Source: Podarcis muralis
Lineage: Eukaryota
DNA: 64,000 bases
Assembly: GCF_964188315.1 (NCBI RefSeq)
Contig: NC_135669.1
Span: forward strand, 13,144,001 to 13,208,000
Reading direction: 5' to 3'
Shown piece by piece: positions 34,500 through 47,191 of the stretch. The position numbers and the translations under genes are program-made. A model generated the notes under the pieces. That model saw only the letters and a program-made list of their open reading frames with translations, was not told the origin of the DNA and did not search any database. Position 1 is the first letter of the stretch, and every line of letters starts with the position of its first letter.

Positions 34500-34600
34500 T
34501 TCTCCTCCGCCTCCTCACTTTCCCTGTCTCCATGGCAACCCCGGCCCCGCCCCGCCGGGTATAAATATTTACCAGTTTCCACTCGCCCCCGCCCCTTTCC
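34500..34600 (+). promoter_or_regulatory. DDX25 promoter: X-box, GC boxes, TATA
   Basis: GTCTCCATGGCAAC 34526-34539, GGCCCCGCCCCGCC 34543-34556, TATAAATA 34560-34567 in a CpG island. Confidence 0.65.
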
Positions 34601-34692
34601 CTGCCTTCACGCGAGGCTCCCGCGTCTCAGGGCCTCGTGCTGCTGCGGCGACGCCTCGCGCGGCCGGCGCGTTGAGCTTGCCCGGCGGGTGG

Positions 34693-34803
34693 ATGGACCA
34701 GTGGGCAGAACGGCGGCTGGGCGAGATGTGGCCGAGGCGGGGCAGCTTGGGGAAGGGGCAGGAAGCGAGTTCCCGCGGGGTCGCCGAATCTCTGCCTCAG
34801 AAA
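34693..34803 (+). CDS. DDX25: DDX25 probable coding exon 1
   Basis: ATGG about 130 bp after the TATA box; MDQWAERRLGEMW...SLPQK; GTAAGG donor; poorly conserved region, so the start codon is uncertain. Confidence 0.6.
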
Positions 34804-35834
34804 GTAAGGGAAGACGCCAGGGACTAGCGCCTTGAGTTCCTTTTAAGTTCTCTCTCTTAACAGCTTTTCTAACAGCGTCTTCGAGCCCTCCTTCTTCCCC
34901 CTCCGCTTTTTTTTGCGTGTTCTGACCCGCAGTACTTCCTTCCTTCCTCCTCCTCCTCTCTCACACATGCTTGCTGGAGATGGAAGCCAAAGCTGACCTC
35001 CAATTTTATATAGGGGATGGTTTTTGGCAGAGAATGGGCTCTCTGCACATGCTCGAAGGTCCCTTTCTAAAAATTATTTCCGCACAAGTTAAGGCTGTGC
35101 TTCCTGCTAGCTCCCACAAAGAGCTCTTGTTGCAGGGTCTCAATTTGCAGGTTTTTAGGGACAGGCGTAGCTGCCCTGTGTCATTAGCTTAGGTCATTTG
35201 CACACATACCTCAGTATTGTCTACACTGACTGGCAGCATGCTCCAGGGTTTCAGACAGGGGACATTCCTAGCTTTACCTGCTCTATCACTGAACTATGAC
35301 CCTTCCAGTTTGAAGTTGTTGGCATTATATATCAGATGTCTCGTTTTGAACAATGACCTGGAAGAGCTTTTGTCCTAGAAGGCAGGATATAACCCATATA
35401 TGTGTGTAAAAAAAAGGTAAAGGACCCCTGGACATTTAGCACCTAGCCCACCATCACTCTCCCCCCCACCCCAATGCATCAACTCAGTTATGTGACCCCT
35501 GAGCTAAGGAGATAAGTAACTCTACAACCTTTAGAAGACATCTGAAGGCAGCCCTGAATAGGGAAGTTCTTTAATATTTTATTAGGTTTTTATATGTGTC
35601 GAAAGCAGCCCAGAGTGGCTGGGGCAACCCAGCCAGGTGGGTGGGGTATAAATAATAAAAGTATTATTATTTATAATAATAGGACATCTCTATTTTCATC
35701 GGGGAAATGTTGGAGGATATGCAACCAGAAACCCAATGGAAGTCAGTAATTCTGCTGCTGTTTGTTTCCTAGCTACTGCTTGTTGTGTCTGAAGATTTTA
35801 CTTGGCTGTGCTGATCAGTAGCTACTGACTAATC

Positions 35835-36289
35835 CAGGGTTAGGCAACCTAAGGGCCGTGGGCTGGATCCGGCCCAAATGCCTTCTCAATCCAGCCCACA
35901 GACGGTCCGGGAATCAGCGTGTTTTTACATGAGTAGAATGTGTCCTTACTTACTGGCGGGAAGGTAAATGGCGTTTCCGTGTGCTGCGCTGGCTCGCCAG
36001 ATGCGGCTTCGTCACGCTGGCCACGTGACCCGGAAGTGTCTCCGGACAGCGCTGGCCCCTGGCCTATAGAGTGAGATGGGCGCACAACCCTAGAGTCTGT
36101 CAAGACTGCCCCGTACGGGCAGGGGTACCTTTACCTTACCTAGAATGTGTCCTTTTATTTAAAATGCATCTCTGGGTTATTTGTGGGGCACAGGAATTCG
36201 TTCATTTCCCCCCCAATATATAGTCTGGCCCCCCACATGGTCTGAGGGACAGTGGACCGGCCCCCTGCTGAAAAAGGTTCCTGACCCTG
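35835..36289. mobile_element. hAT MITE
   Basis: CAGGG...CCCTG ends; GACTAATC/GACTAACC duplication; same family as 55282-55532. Confidence 0.8.
35948..36140 (+). mobile_element. 5'-truncated Sauria-type SINE inside a hAT MITE
   Basis: TAGAATGTGTCCTT duplication at 35934-35947 and 36141-36154. Confidence 0.85.
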
Positions 36290-37312
36290 GACTAACCTAT
36301 CATTTATTGCATTTATATCATACCTTTTCCTCCAAAGAGCTCAAGGTGATGTTTAAGGAAGCTTTTAAGGATTAATAAGTTATTGTATTTTAGTGTTCTG
36401 TTGGAAGCCGCCCAGAATGGCTGGGGAAACGCAGCCAGATGGGTGGGGTATAAATAATAAATTATTATTATTATTATTATTATTTTATTATATTACATGG
36501 TTTTCCTATTTTATTCTCGCAAAACCTCAGTAAGGTAGGATATAGACCAAGAGACAGTGGCTGCTCCGAGGTCCCACAGTGAGCTTCATGGCTGTGTGCT
36601 GATTTGAGCCCCGGTTACCGCCGGCACTTTGACTGCTGCATCATACTGGCTCCATGAAACTCCCACCCCTTATTCTCCTGGCCTAGCCTTTTATAATGCC
36701 TGTTTTGTCTGTTCTCCCCCCCCCCCCCACCTTACTGTACTTCTCTTTAAAAGATTTGCCCCAGTTTTTTATTCACATTATTTTATTTATATCCTGCCTT
36801 GTGGGGGGGGCAGTGATGGGAATTATTCGGCGGCACAATATATCAAATACAGTAGTACCTTCGTTCTTGAACTTAATCTGTTCAGGGAGTCCGTTCGACT
36901 CCCAAAACGGTTCGAAAACCAAGGCGCGGCTTCCGCTTGGCTGCAGGAGCTTCCTGAATTTAATCGGTAGCCGCGTTGGACGTTCGGCTTCCGAAAAAAG
37001 TTTGCAAACCAGAACACTCACTCCTGGGTTTGCGGCGTTTGGGAGCTGATTTGTTCGGGAGCCAAGCCGTTTGAGTCCAAGCTACCATTGTACATTCATA
37101 AAACATCATAGCTAAGGCAAACAAACACATTTCAGATTTGCTTGTTACCCCCCCCCCCCCCCGTTGCATTTGGGGGGCTCATTTCTTTCTCTTTCCCCTC
37201 TCCCCGCTCCTCTCTAATGTTTTAAATGGCACTGAAATGGCCTTTTAACATGTGATGAGTTTGCTGTAGTTTTTACTGTTTCTTTCAATCTTTTGCTTTG
37301 CGAGTCGCCCAG

Positions 37313-37349
37313 AGAAGTCCTCACGGAGGCCTGTGGAGATCATCCCCAG
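37313..37349 (+). CDS. DDX25: DDX25 probable coding exon 2 (micro-exon)
   Basis: Long pyrimidine tract, CAG acceptor, CAG|GTAAGT donor; 37 bp phase 0 to 1; alternative acceptor at 37304. Confidence 0.5.
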
Positions 37350-37430
37350 GTAAGTGTGCATTGCAGCCCCTCTGGCCCAGTCTTTTCTTTAGCTTGCCTC
37401 TAGTATCACAGACGCGGTTGTAGTATCATT

Positions 37431-37770
37431 GGGGCACGGGTGGCGCTGTGGTCTAAACCACAGAGTCTAGGACTTGCCGATCAGAAGGTCGGCGGTTCAA
37501 ATCCCTGCGATGGGGTGAGCTCCCGTTGCTCGGTCGCTGCTCCTGCCAACCTAGCAGTTTGAAAGCACTTCAAAAGTGCAAGTAGATAAATAGGTACCGC
37601 TCCGGCGGGAAGGTAAATGGCATTTCCGTGCGCTGCTCTGGTTTGCCAGAAGCGGCTTAGTCATGCTGGCCACATGACCCGAAAGCTGTACGCCGGCTCC
37701 CTCGGCCAATAAAGCGAGATGAGCGCCGCAACCCCAGAGTCGGCCACGACTGGACCTAGTGGTCCTTTAC
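37431..37770 (+). mobile_element. Sauria-type SINE
   Basis: Head and core match the other copies. Confidence 0.85.
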
Positions 37771-40443
37771 TAAAATGTAAATTTAATTAATATTGTCTCT
37801 GCCGGCCCCTCTCTGTTGCCCAAGACCTTTCATTTCTCACATTCCTCCTACACCTCCTTAACTTTTCCCTTGTTGCCTTTCCCCCATTTCACTATTTCCT
37901 CCACAAGTTTCCTTTGCAATACTCCAAATTATTTTTTAAAAAGCCATATGTTGTCACCCACCCTTAATTTTTCTTGCGTGTGCCTTGCCTGGGTGTGTCA
38001 CAGGTTGGCTGTGCTAGACCAAAGAGTCTCAAAAAGCTTGTGATCTGTTTGGCTCATGCTTGTAACCATTCCTTCTTCTAGATGAATAGATCGTTATCCT
38101 GCGGGAAAAATCTTGGGTGTTTTCCGCATCGCCCTGTTTCAGGTAAGGGGATCCTTGGGGGTGCTTTGCTTGCATGTTTATCGCAACAGGTTTGTTTTCT
38201 GATCTTACCTGCCCTGAATCTTTGGCCACAAATTTAAGTACGATGCTCCTGGTAGCATCTCTTGAAACATATCACATTGGAGGGAGTGTGGATGCGTTGC
38301 CTTAAAGTCAAAGAGCCTACCATCACTCATTGTAAGAGAAAGCAAGGTATGTTTCATGATACAGATTTTTAAGCACATTGTCCAGAATGTTATACAGTGG
38401 TACCTCGGGTTAAGAACTTAATTCGTTCTGGAGGTCCGTTCTTAACCTGAAACTGTTCTTAACCTGAGGTACCACTTTAGCTAATGGGGCCTCCCACTGC
38501 CGCCGCATGATTTCTGTTCTCAGCCTGAAGCAAAGTTCTTAACCCGAGGTACTATTTCTGGGTTAGTGGCGTCTGTAACCTGAAGCATCTGTAACCTGAG
38601 GTACCACTGTATGTTTATTTTCTATGTTCCGCTTTTCAGACATTTGTCTCCCAGAGCAGAGCACCTCAAAAAAGTGACATAGCTTGTCATCTGTTTTTTT
38701 AAAAATAGGACATGGCACACAAACGAAGGGAAGTTGAGGGCAAAGGTTGTGGGATGTAATGCAAGCAGTCAAGTACAACACTTCCTGTTTGCCTAGAGTG
38801 GACACAGACAGGGATTTTGATCCAGCCATTTGAACTTCCTGTTGCACATGGACTGGAGCATTACCAGGAATATACAGTCATACCTCGGGTTACAGAAGTT
38901 TCAGGTTGCGTTTTTTGGGGTTACGGACCCCCGAAACCCGGAAGTACCAAAACAGGTTACTTCCAGGTTTCGGCGGTCGCGCATGCGCAGAAGCGCTAAA
39001 TCGTGCTTTGTGCATGCGCGGAAACGCCGAATCGCAACCTGCGCGTGTGCAGATGCACTGCTGCGGGTTGCGAGTGTGCATCCCGCACGGATCACGTTCG
39101 CAACTTGAGCGTCCACTACTCCAATCTGAACAAAGCCAGATTGGATTGCTTAAGTAAAGAGATTCAAATGAATCTACCAGCTAGCTTCCTGCTATATATT
39201 GGGGAATACACTCTGCTGCTGGCTCACAAGCGTGAGTTAGGAAGGATACTATTAAATCAATATTTCCTCTCCTAGTATCAACAGCATTCCCACAAAGGTA
39301 GATGGTGGAGACAATTTATTTCAAGGCCAGACCCAAGTGGTGAACCATAAGTAGGGATGGAGGAGGAGGAATTTGGTTTGGTTGGAATTTTAATGCAATT
39401 GTAGCTACTTTGCACTTCTCAAAGCAAATACGTGAAGCCAAAAACTGCTGTCCTTCAAAATGTGCACTTCTCCAGTTCTCCAGATGCAGTTCTCCAAGAG
39501 AATGTGGGCAAAAATGTTTATATTAGGGGAGAGTGCATGCAAATAAATATAGAATCATAGAACTGAAGAGTTGGAAGGGACCCTGAGGGTCATCTAGTCC
39601 AACCCCCTGCAATGCTGGGATCTCAACTAAAGCATCCATGTCAGATGGTCATCCAACCTCTGCTTAAAAACTTCCAATGAAAATAGTACAGTAGTGAAAT
39701 AATGTGGAAGTGAAAATAATGCATAACTAGAGAAAAATGCACTAATGGGCTTTTGAATTTTCATTAGGACTTAAAAAATCGCAAGCTGATGCACTAATGC
39801 TGAGAAATGAGAAAAGGAGAGGATCTGAAATTGATAGAGCCATCCCTTACCTATAAGCAGGCATTTTGTGTCTCGTTCAGCCTAGCCTGACCTCCCCTTT
39901 GTGGTGATGGGGCTTGGGTAGCAGTTGGTGCCTCGAGTTCCTTTGACCAATAGGAAGGGCCAGATGGTCCTGTCTCCTTGCTTCTGTAACCCTAGGGCAA
40001 TTGTTAGGTGGGGCAAAATGGTTCTTCATGGGAGGAAAGGAAGCTCCCTGCAGCTGCTCATTCTCTGCCCAGTAAATGGGACCAAAGGCAGAGGCTGCAG
40101 CATGCTTCACTTCAGCTCTGCATCTCTGCCGCAATGCAAAAGCATCCCCAAACTTCTCCCTCTCCCCCCCCCCCCCAGTGCTTTTTTCACAAAAATGAGA
40201 AATGTTTAGGGATACTCTCATTTTGACTCAAGAAAATTCATTTTATAGTTCAAATTGGGGGGAAATAAATACAGTAAATGGACAAAAGGCCACCACCAGG
40301 GGTAGCCACGGAACTGACGATTCACTGTGCTAGAGTAGAATCTAATTTTTAAAAATGTTTTAGTTCTGTTAGGTTCACAAAATGTTTAGAGGTATGTGTC
40401 CCCCTGCGTCCCCACAGAAAAAAGCTGTGTGTGTATGTATACA

Positions 40444-40487
40444 TGTGTGTGTGTGTGTGTGTGTGTGTATACACACACACACACACA
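40444..40487. repeat. Inverted (TG)n-TATA-(CA)n microsatellite
   Basis: Direct reading. Confidence 0.9.
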
Positions 40488-40489
40488 AA

Positions 40490-40852
40490 CTGTAATTAAG
40501 TTTTCTGTTTTACGAATTAGACTATTCATTTATACAACCTTAAAATATCCATGACTTCCCTTCTTCTTTTTCCATGGTTAATTTTACATAGCATAAATAC
40601 CTGCATATTTTACATAAACTAAACCATTCAGTATTCCATTATTATCAAAACTTCTATCAAAACTTATTTACACTGTTGAATTTATCTTAATACTGCCAAC
40701 ATTTTCAGGCATGCACAATTCCCCTCCCCATATATTCAATAAATATTTTCCAATCTTCTTTCAACAAATGTTCTTCTTGTTCTCTTATTCTATACCTTGG
40801 GTCCGCAAGCTGCGCATATCACATCAGTTTAAATTGCCATTCTTCTTTAGTT
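40490..40852 (-). mobile_element. L1-clade LINE 3' fragment
   Basis: Minus-strand KEEWQFKLM...IREQEE...EDWKIFIEY. Confidence 0.65.
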
Positions 40853-40985
40853 TAAGGTTACCAGATTTTTTTTAATGAATCTGGGGACACTTTTCAACTT
40901 CAGTAGGAATGATAGGATTTTGTATGGGGACTGATTTGTAAATCCGGGGACTGTCCCCAGGAAATGGGGACATCTGGTAACCTTA
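40853..40985. mobile_element. hAT MITE
   Basis: TAAGGTTACCAGA/TCTGGTAACCTTA termini; CTTTAGTT/CTTTAATT duplication. Confidence 0.75.
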
Positions 40986-41219
40986 CTTTAATTGGGACCT
41001 CGCTCATTTTCCATTTTGGGGCTAAGTAAACACAGGCCGCCCCCAAAGTTCTGATATGATGCACGTTGTCTGATAAGGCAAACTTTTAGCCAGCTAGATA
41101 TCTGCACTTGTGACTTAGAATGTTTCTTCACTTTATTTTTTGCAAGGTGCTAGTTTGTGGTGCCTTTAATTAAAAACATGTAGGCCAATCGTCTTAACAT
41201 TCTGAAAACTTTTTTAAAG

Positions 41220-41282
41220 AGAGCAGCGAAGGGAAGAGCGATGCAGATATGAAAAAGTTGGAGGACAATGATTGCGACCGAG
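41220..41282 (+). CDS. DDX25: DDX25 probable coding exon 3
   Basis: SSEGKSDADMKKLEDNDCDR, acidic like the mammalian exon 3; GAG|GTAAG donor; 63 bp phase 1 to 1. Confidence 0.65.
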
Positions 41283-41687
41283 GTAAGATGACAGGCAGCT
41301 GCCAGCTGTCTCCATTGTTAAAAATTGTGGTAGTAACCCTGAGCTTCTGGCTGCTTGTAGGGAGACACGATTGAGTATTCCTTCATACCAAAAATACCCC
41401 CCAATGTCTCACTGCCTATAGAAATCTTAATGTGTAAGGAAGAAGGCTAAGCTAGAGGCTTTCTTCCTGACATGCTAGCTCTCTGCCTGCAGGGATTTTT
41501 GTGAATGGAGGGGCTTTCAGTTGCATAAACCCTCTATGTCTCTCTTTAGTTTTTATTGTTTTCATATTAAATGTTGTCAGCTTTATGGGTTGCCTGTGTT
41601 AATCAATAAACTATACAGTATACTAAATGTATACTGCGTAAATTTAGTAAATAAATAACTGATGCCTTTTTTCTTCACGCAACACAG

Positions 41688-41823
41688 TACCTGCAGCAGA
41701 AACTTCTCTCTTAAACAAGCTGATTAGAAAATCTCTAGTGGAGTCCTACCATCACGTAGAGGTTTTACAGCGTGATCCCAGCTCACCACTGTTTTCCGTG
41801 AAAACCTTTGAGGAACTGCATTT
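41688..41823 (+). CDS. DDX25: DDX25 exon 4
   Basis: SLLNKLIRKSLVESYHHVEVLQRDPSSPLFSVKTFEELHL; 136 bp. Confidence 0.95.
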
Positions 41824-42554
41824 GTGAGTATCTAGAATCAATTGACGTTTGCATTTTTTTCGTAAGTTTTGTTCATTCAGAGACTCCTCTTCTCCGGGCT
41901 GTGGGTCTACTCGAAATGGATAATTATATATCAGAAACTGAATCAGCCCATGCCCGCTCACCAGAAAGTGCTCATCCACCCTGTGGTCTGGTACTTATTA
42001 TGGGTTTTGCATTTCCCAGAGCTCAGGTTCAGATCCTGCATTTCGCAAAAGCTTGTTTGGTTTACGAACCTAACGTGCTGCGTTTCAGTATGAGTCCATT
42101 GTCTTCTATTCCTATTGACCTTTCTGTTGGTTTCAGAGCGCCATTTGCTTCCATAGCACTTCTTATCCTTATAGCTCTGTTGACTTTTTCAGGATTTTAG
42201 CCTTGCTGAAATATTTAGGTGTGCTCTGGTCTGAGGCACAAGTCGTAGATTGTGGTTCAAGGACCCGACCTCCGCTTGGAGGAATAAAGACACGTGGACA
42301 CAGTGTATAAGGTTAATGGGCAAGAAAAGGCCACAACTTTATTGATTACAGCAAATGAGAAGGTATTGGCTTAGGCATTGGACCACGGAAGATTTGACTC
42401 CACCGCCTGCAGAAGCTAGGGATTGACCTTCTGCTTGCATGTGCTGTACCACTGAGCTACAGAAAATACATTATTGAAGAATATTTTCTGATAACCAATA
42501 CTTAAGTTAGACAAGGGAAAGTTTGAGAATGGTGGGTCTGAAAATTACACTCCA

Positions 42555-42975
42555 GATGATGGACTTTTGGGAGCTAGCTGACCTGACCGGAAGAGTCCGC
42601 GACCAGAAGGAGGAGGAGTACCAGGAGGAATGGATGAAATTCAAATACTATTTAGCTAAATATGCTAAGATAACTTAAATAGAAATACTTGCAAGTACCA
42701 GATTGGCTTAGGATTTAAATATGTGAAGTTATAGAATATTATGTTTAAAGCTAATATGAAAAGAAAGAAAGATGTTACTCGACTAAGTAAATTTTATGAG
42801 AAATTAGTTTTGGAAAACTGTTACAATGATATACATTGAAACTCAGCCAGGGGGATTCGAGGAAGTCACCTAATAATGTTAACAAAAGTGGAATTATTAC
42901 AGTTAGGATTTATGTTTGTTTGTTTATGTTTGTTATAAATTTGGAAAACGAATAATTTTTTTTGGAAAAAAAGAA
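42555..42975 (+). mobile_element. L1-clade LINE 3' fragment
   Basis: MDFWELADLTGRVRDQ...EEWMKFKYYL* followed by an AT-rich 3' UTR and A tail. Confidence 0.7.
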
Positions 42976-43449
42976 GAAAATTACACTTCTAATACTTAAG
43001 AAATGTTGGGATAAACCTGCAATATGCTGTTCTATGGGCCTCTCTTGCTGTTATTAATAAGCCACTTTTTGCATTAGCTGACTCCTTAGAAGGGGTTGAT
43101 GGGAACGCAACATCTTTGTAGCAGGCTGTTATTCTGGTTTTCAGGGCTTTTCATTTTGCTACCGCCCAAATCTATTGGTTCAAGACCAAATCGTATTGTT
43201 TATCTTGACATCATTTTGTGTGAAAGTGAGCCTAGCGATTTACTAAGTGTTCCGCCATCTATCCAAATTTCTCAGTTATGGCAACTCTTGATGCTCTAAA
43301 ATCATGACGGCTATTCCTTTTAAAGTCCACAGCAGTACATGGAGGTCAGGGGATCTTATTTACCAGACTGCTAGCATCCTCCAGTTTCACTCAGAAGTAG
43401 CTGAGCTGCTTACGGGTAAAACTGTTAACTTTTATTCTCATCTTAACAG

Positions 43450-43542
43450 GAAAGATGAACTCTTGCAAGGCATTTATGCCATGGGCTTTAACAGACCTTC
43501 CAAGATCCAAGAAACAGCACTTCCAATGATGTTAGCTGACCC
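43450..43542 (+). CDS. DDX25: DDX25 exon 5 (Q motif)
   Basis: KDELLQGIYAMGFNRPSKIQETALPMMLADP; 93 bp. Confidence 0.97.
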
Positions 43543-44080
43543 GTGAGTTGGTTTCAAACAAATTGAAAGATATTCTTTGTGTTGCAGCCAGCATGGGACA
43601 CACCTGTGCCAATTAGCCAGCGAACTGTTGAGCTAATTCATGTTAGATTTCTTGTAGACACTGGAGTTTCGTCTACTAGAATGGGTAACATAACTTCTGT
43701 CCCCAACTGACACACAGATTTAGGGGAGGGATATTTTCCCTCTGATTACTATTCTGTTGCCTAATAGTTTTTGCATCCCGTTATCAAATGAAAATCCGAA
43801 TAAAGATACCTTTTCAGGCTGGTTATCAACCACCTTTGAAATCAGATTTTTTCGTTCTGGTTGATCTGTGCTTTAGAAGGTTGTCAATCACTGTTTTCTG
43901 TTCTTTTCAACCTCCTTATTCCCAGTTCATGTGCTTAAAAGACTCGTTCTCCCAATGAAACTTGAAGTATAAAATGTTATTAACACTCTGAAAAGCAAAT
44001 CCCAAAGGTTTGCTAAACCACACTTCTATGTAAAACATTCTTCCCGCTATGCCTTTTGTGTGCCTCTCAAGTATCCTTTT

Positions 44081-44580
44081 TGTATCTGAAGGAGTGTGCA
44101 TGCACACGAAAGCTCATACCAATAACAAACTTAGTTGGTCTCTAAGGTGTAGGGACACGGGTGGCACTGTGGGTTAAACCACAGAGCCTAGGACTTGCCG
44201 ATCAAAAGGTCGGGAGTTCGAATCCCCACAATGGGGTGAGCTCCCATTGCTCAGTCCCTGCTCCTGCCAACCTAGCAGTTCGAAAGCATATCAAAGTGCA
44301 AGTAGATAAATAGGTACCATTCCGGTGGGAAGGTAAACGGCATTTCCATGCACTGCTCTGGTTCACCAGAAGCGGCTTAGTCATGCTGGCCACATGACCC
44401 TGAAGCTGTACGCCGGCTCCCTCGGCCAATAAAGCGAGATGAGCGCTGCAACCCCAGAGTCGGCCACGACTGGACCTAATGGTCAGGGGTCCCTTTACCT
44501 TTACCTTTAAGGTGCTACTGGAAGGAATTTTTTTATTTTGTTTTGACTACGGCAGACCAACATGGCTACCTACCTGTAAC
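44081..44580. mobile_element. Second copy of the same short Penelope-like element, split by a Sauria SINE
   Basis: TGTATCTGAAG...TAAGGTG [SINE 44152-44508] TAAGGTGCTACTGG...CTACCTACCTGT. Confidence 0.65.
44152..44508 (+). mobile_element. Sauria-type SINE
   Basis: Full length; TAAGGTG duplication. Confidence 0.88.
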
Positions 44581-44940
44581 TTGTTTCAGTTACATATATC
44601 CTTCCTCATTATTATTTCCTTGAAGCAGGAACACTCCTTAGGACCCCCGGCTTATTAACTCTGTAGCCCAAAAGCTGGGATCCCCTCCAAACCTGCGCCA
44701 AAGTTTTGCAGCCATTTTATGACAAAAACGCCACATTTTGCTGCGCTCCCCCAAACTGAGTAATTGATACATTAACCTGGGGCTCGAAGTTAACACCCAA
44801 AATTCCAATGGTGTCTGAGTCTCTTCAAACCAGTGCCAAAGTTTGGTGATAGTTTTGCAGCACTCCACAAACTGAGAAGCCCAGACCATTGGAATATTGT
44901 TGTCTTTTTGCGTTAATCCCAACTTGATTCTCTGTTTCAG

Positions 44941-45043
44941 ACCCCAAAATCTCATAGCACAAAGTCAGTCGGGGACAGGCAAAACAGCTGCTTTTGTTCT
45001 GGCTATGCTGAGCAGAGTGAACCCACAGGACAGATTTCCACAG
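44941..45043 (+). CDS. DDX25: DDX25 exon 6 (motif I)
   Basis: [26 protein letters not shown]; 103 bp. Confidence 0.97.
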
Positions 45044-45337
45044 GTAAAATAAACTCAACGATACAGCTGCCGGCTGCAGAGTCATCCTCAGTTCACTAAC
45101 GCCAACAAGAAATCGAAATCTGTGCTATTAACCTGAGTAAGGGCTGCTTCCCTGGGGTTTGTGCCTTTTCCTTCTGGTCCGCTGCTTCCGTAGAATGGCT
45201 AAGCATTTTCAATGCTGAGAGTTTCCTAAAAACCTGGAAGCTGGCTGGCGGAAGCAAACTGCCGTAAAATTGATACACAGACTAATCTTGCAGAAGTGGA
45301 ATTAAGCCTCAACATGGTAACAAAGTAATGTTGGCAC

Positions 45338-46079
45338 CAGGGTGGTTTTTATTTAAATCAAATCAATCTAAATCACGATTTAAATCACAAGTCAGTAAAA
45401 CTTGATTTAAATCACTGGCCAGTAAGATTTGATTTAAATCACTTTTTTTACAGAAAGACTCATTCTTCCTGGTATAATCTTAATATTTACAACCAGGTTT
45501 CATTTTTGGAATAAAAACTTTTCAGAGTAGTTTTTACAGTTATATCAAATATTACTGATTTGGTTATACTATTAGAAATACAGTGGTAGATAATTATGAA
45601 ATTATTGTGAGGTTTAATAAGTTAACTGTTTATATTTGGGCAACTTTTCTGCTGTACTTTATTGGAAGGAGGAAAAAGAATCATTTCCTTAATAACAATT
45701 TCAACAATTTATTTAACTAAAACAATAACAATACAGTGGTACCTCGTGTTAAATTCTTAATTTGTTCCGGAGGTCCGTACTTAACCTGAAACTGTTCTTA
45801 ACCTGAAGCACCACTTTAGCTAATGGGGCCTGCTGCCGCGCCGCCGGAGCACGAGTTCTGTTCTTATCCTGAAGCAAAGTTCTTAACCTGAAGCACTATT
45901 TCTGGGTTAGCAGAGTCTGTAACCTGAAGCGTATGTAACTTGAAGTGTATGTAACCCGAGGTACCACTGTAACATTATAGCATATATATCCATTTTATTT
46001 TAAAAATCCGATTTAATTTTAAAAATCCAATTTTTTGATATTTATTTTTTTGAAAAACCATTGATTTTTATCCACCCTG
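45338..46079. mobile_element. Non-autonomous hAT element with nested mariner-type MITE (45734-45969)
   Basis: CAGGGTGG...CCACCCTG termini and a perfect 8-bp GTTGGCAC duplication. Confidence 0.88.
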
Positions 46080-47076
46080 GTTGGCACAATCATCAAGCAA
46101 CCATCCCACTGTGTTCACCCATGCTCGTAGCTGTGACATACTGCATAGGGAAGGGACATTTAACCAGGGTTTTTTTTTTAAAAAAAATCCCATGATTCAT
46201 TTGTTTAAAATCACTTTTAACATTTGTGCTAATGCACTTAACACCCCCCCCCAAAAAAAACTAGTGCCATTGTGTGATTGCTTCAGCATTCAAAAGTACA
46301 AGACAAAAACTAACACGTTGATAAACTTGCACTGGATGGAACTTCTGTTTGCTCTAAAACACTTCTTTATGTGGGTGCTAAATTGAGCATATACTTCCAT
46401 TTTTAAAAACAGGCAAAGAAGCCCAAACCCAGAGATAGATTAAAAAGAATATGCTAAAATGAAGCCAGCCATACAGCGTTACGGTGGAGGTTTGGGAAGG
46501 TAAAGGAACATGGTCAAAACTGTAGCTTATTTAAAAAGACTAGTACTGAGGCGATCAACATCTGTTGGCGATTGCACTTATTCTCCCTTTTAAAATAAAA
46601 ACAAGATTTTCTGCAGTTTGAGAAAAGATAGGAGGAGCTTAAGGGAAACAGGAGAGCAGTGCTTTCAGGACTGTGTTGTGTAGATGCCCCATAAAAAGTA
46701 AATGAACAAATTGTATCTATTCCACATCTTTTCAGTGCCAGATAAACGCTTCTCTTTCTCCGCAGGCTGTAAGGTGATGTTGTTAGGTAGCTAGTGTACT
46801 GCCAAAACCTTCCTGGGGCTGTTACGGGCGTTGTTTGGTTCTGTTTTTATGCTGCAATGTATTCATATTTATGTTTTAAATATTCTGCAAGTCTGCTGGA
46901 GACTCTTTAGTGAGCAAGGGAAGAAGATGTCTAATAAATAACAGTAATAGCCTAATGCTAAAGTGAAAAGGAAACATGGCCTGCGTGTCCTGTTGGGGAA
47001 ACACTGCACCATTGCTGAAGGCTAAACTGACCTCCATCTTTCTGTTTCCTTCTACCTCTGTTGCCTCCTCCCAAAG

Positions 47077-47191
47077 TGTCTCTGCTTGTCTCCCACCTTC
47101 GAGCTGGCATTGCAGACGGGGCGAGTGATTGAGAAGATGGGAAAGTTTTGCGTCAACATAAAGGTTGCGTTTGCCATTCGAGGGAACAGAC
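47077..47191 (+). CDS. DDX25: DDX25 exon 7 (motif Ia)
   Basis: CLCLSPTFELALQTGRVIEKMGKFC; 115 bp. Confidence 0.96.

Noticed and set aside
34336-34692. In-frame N-terminal extension of DDX25 from the ATG at 34336
   Set aside because: It lies upstream of the TATA box, and GC-rich CpG-island sequence lacks stops by composition.
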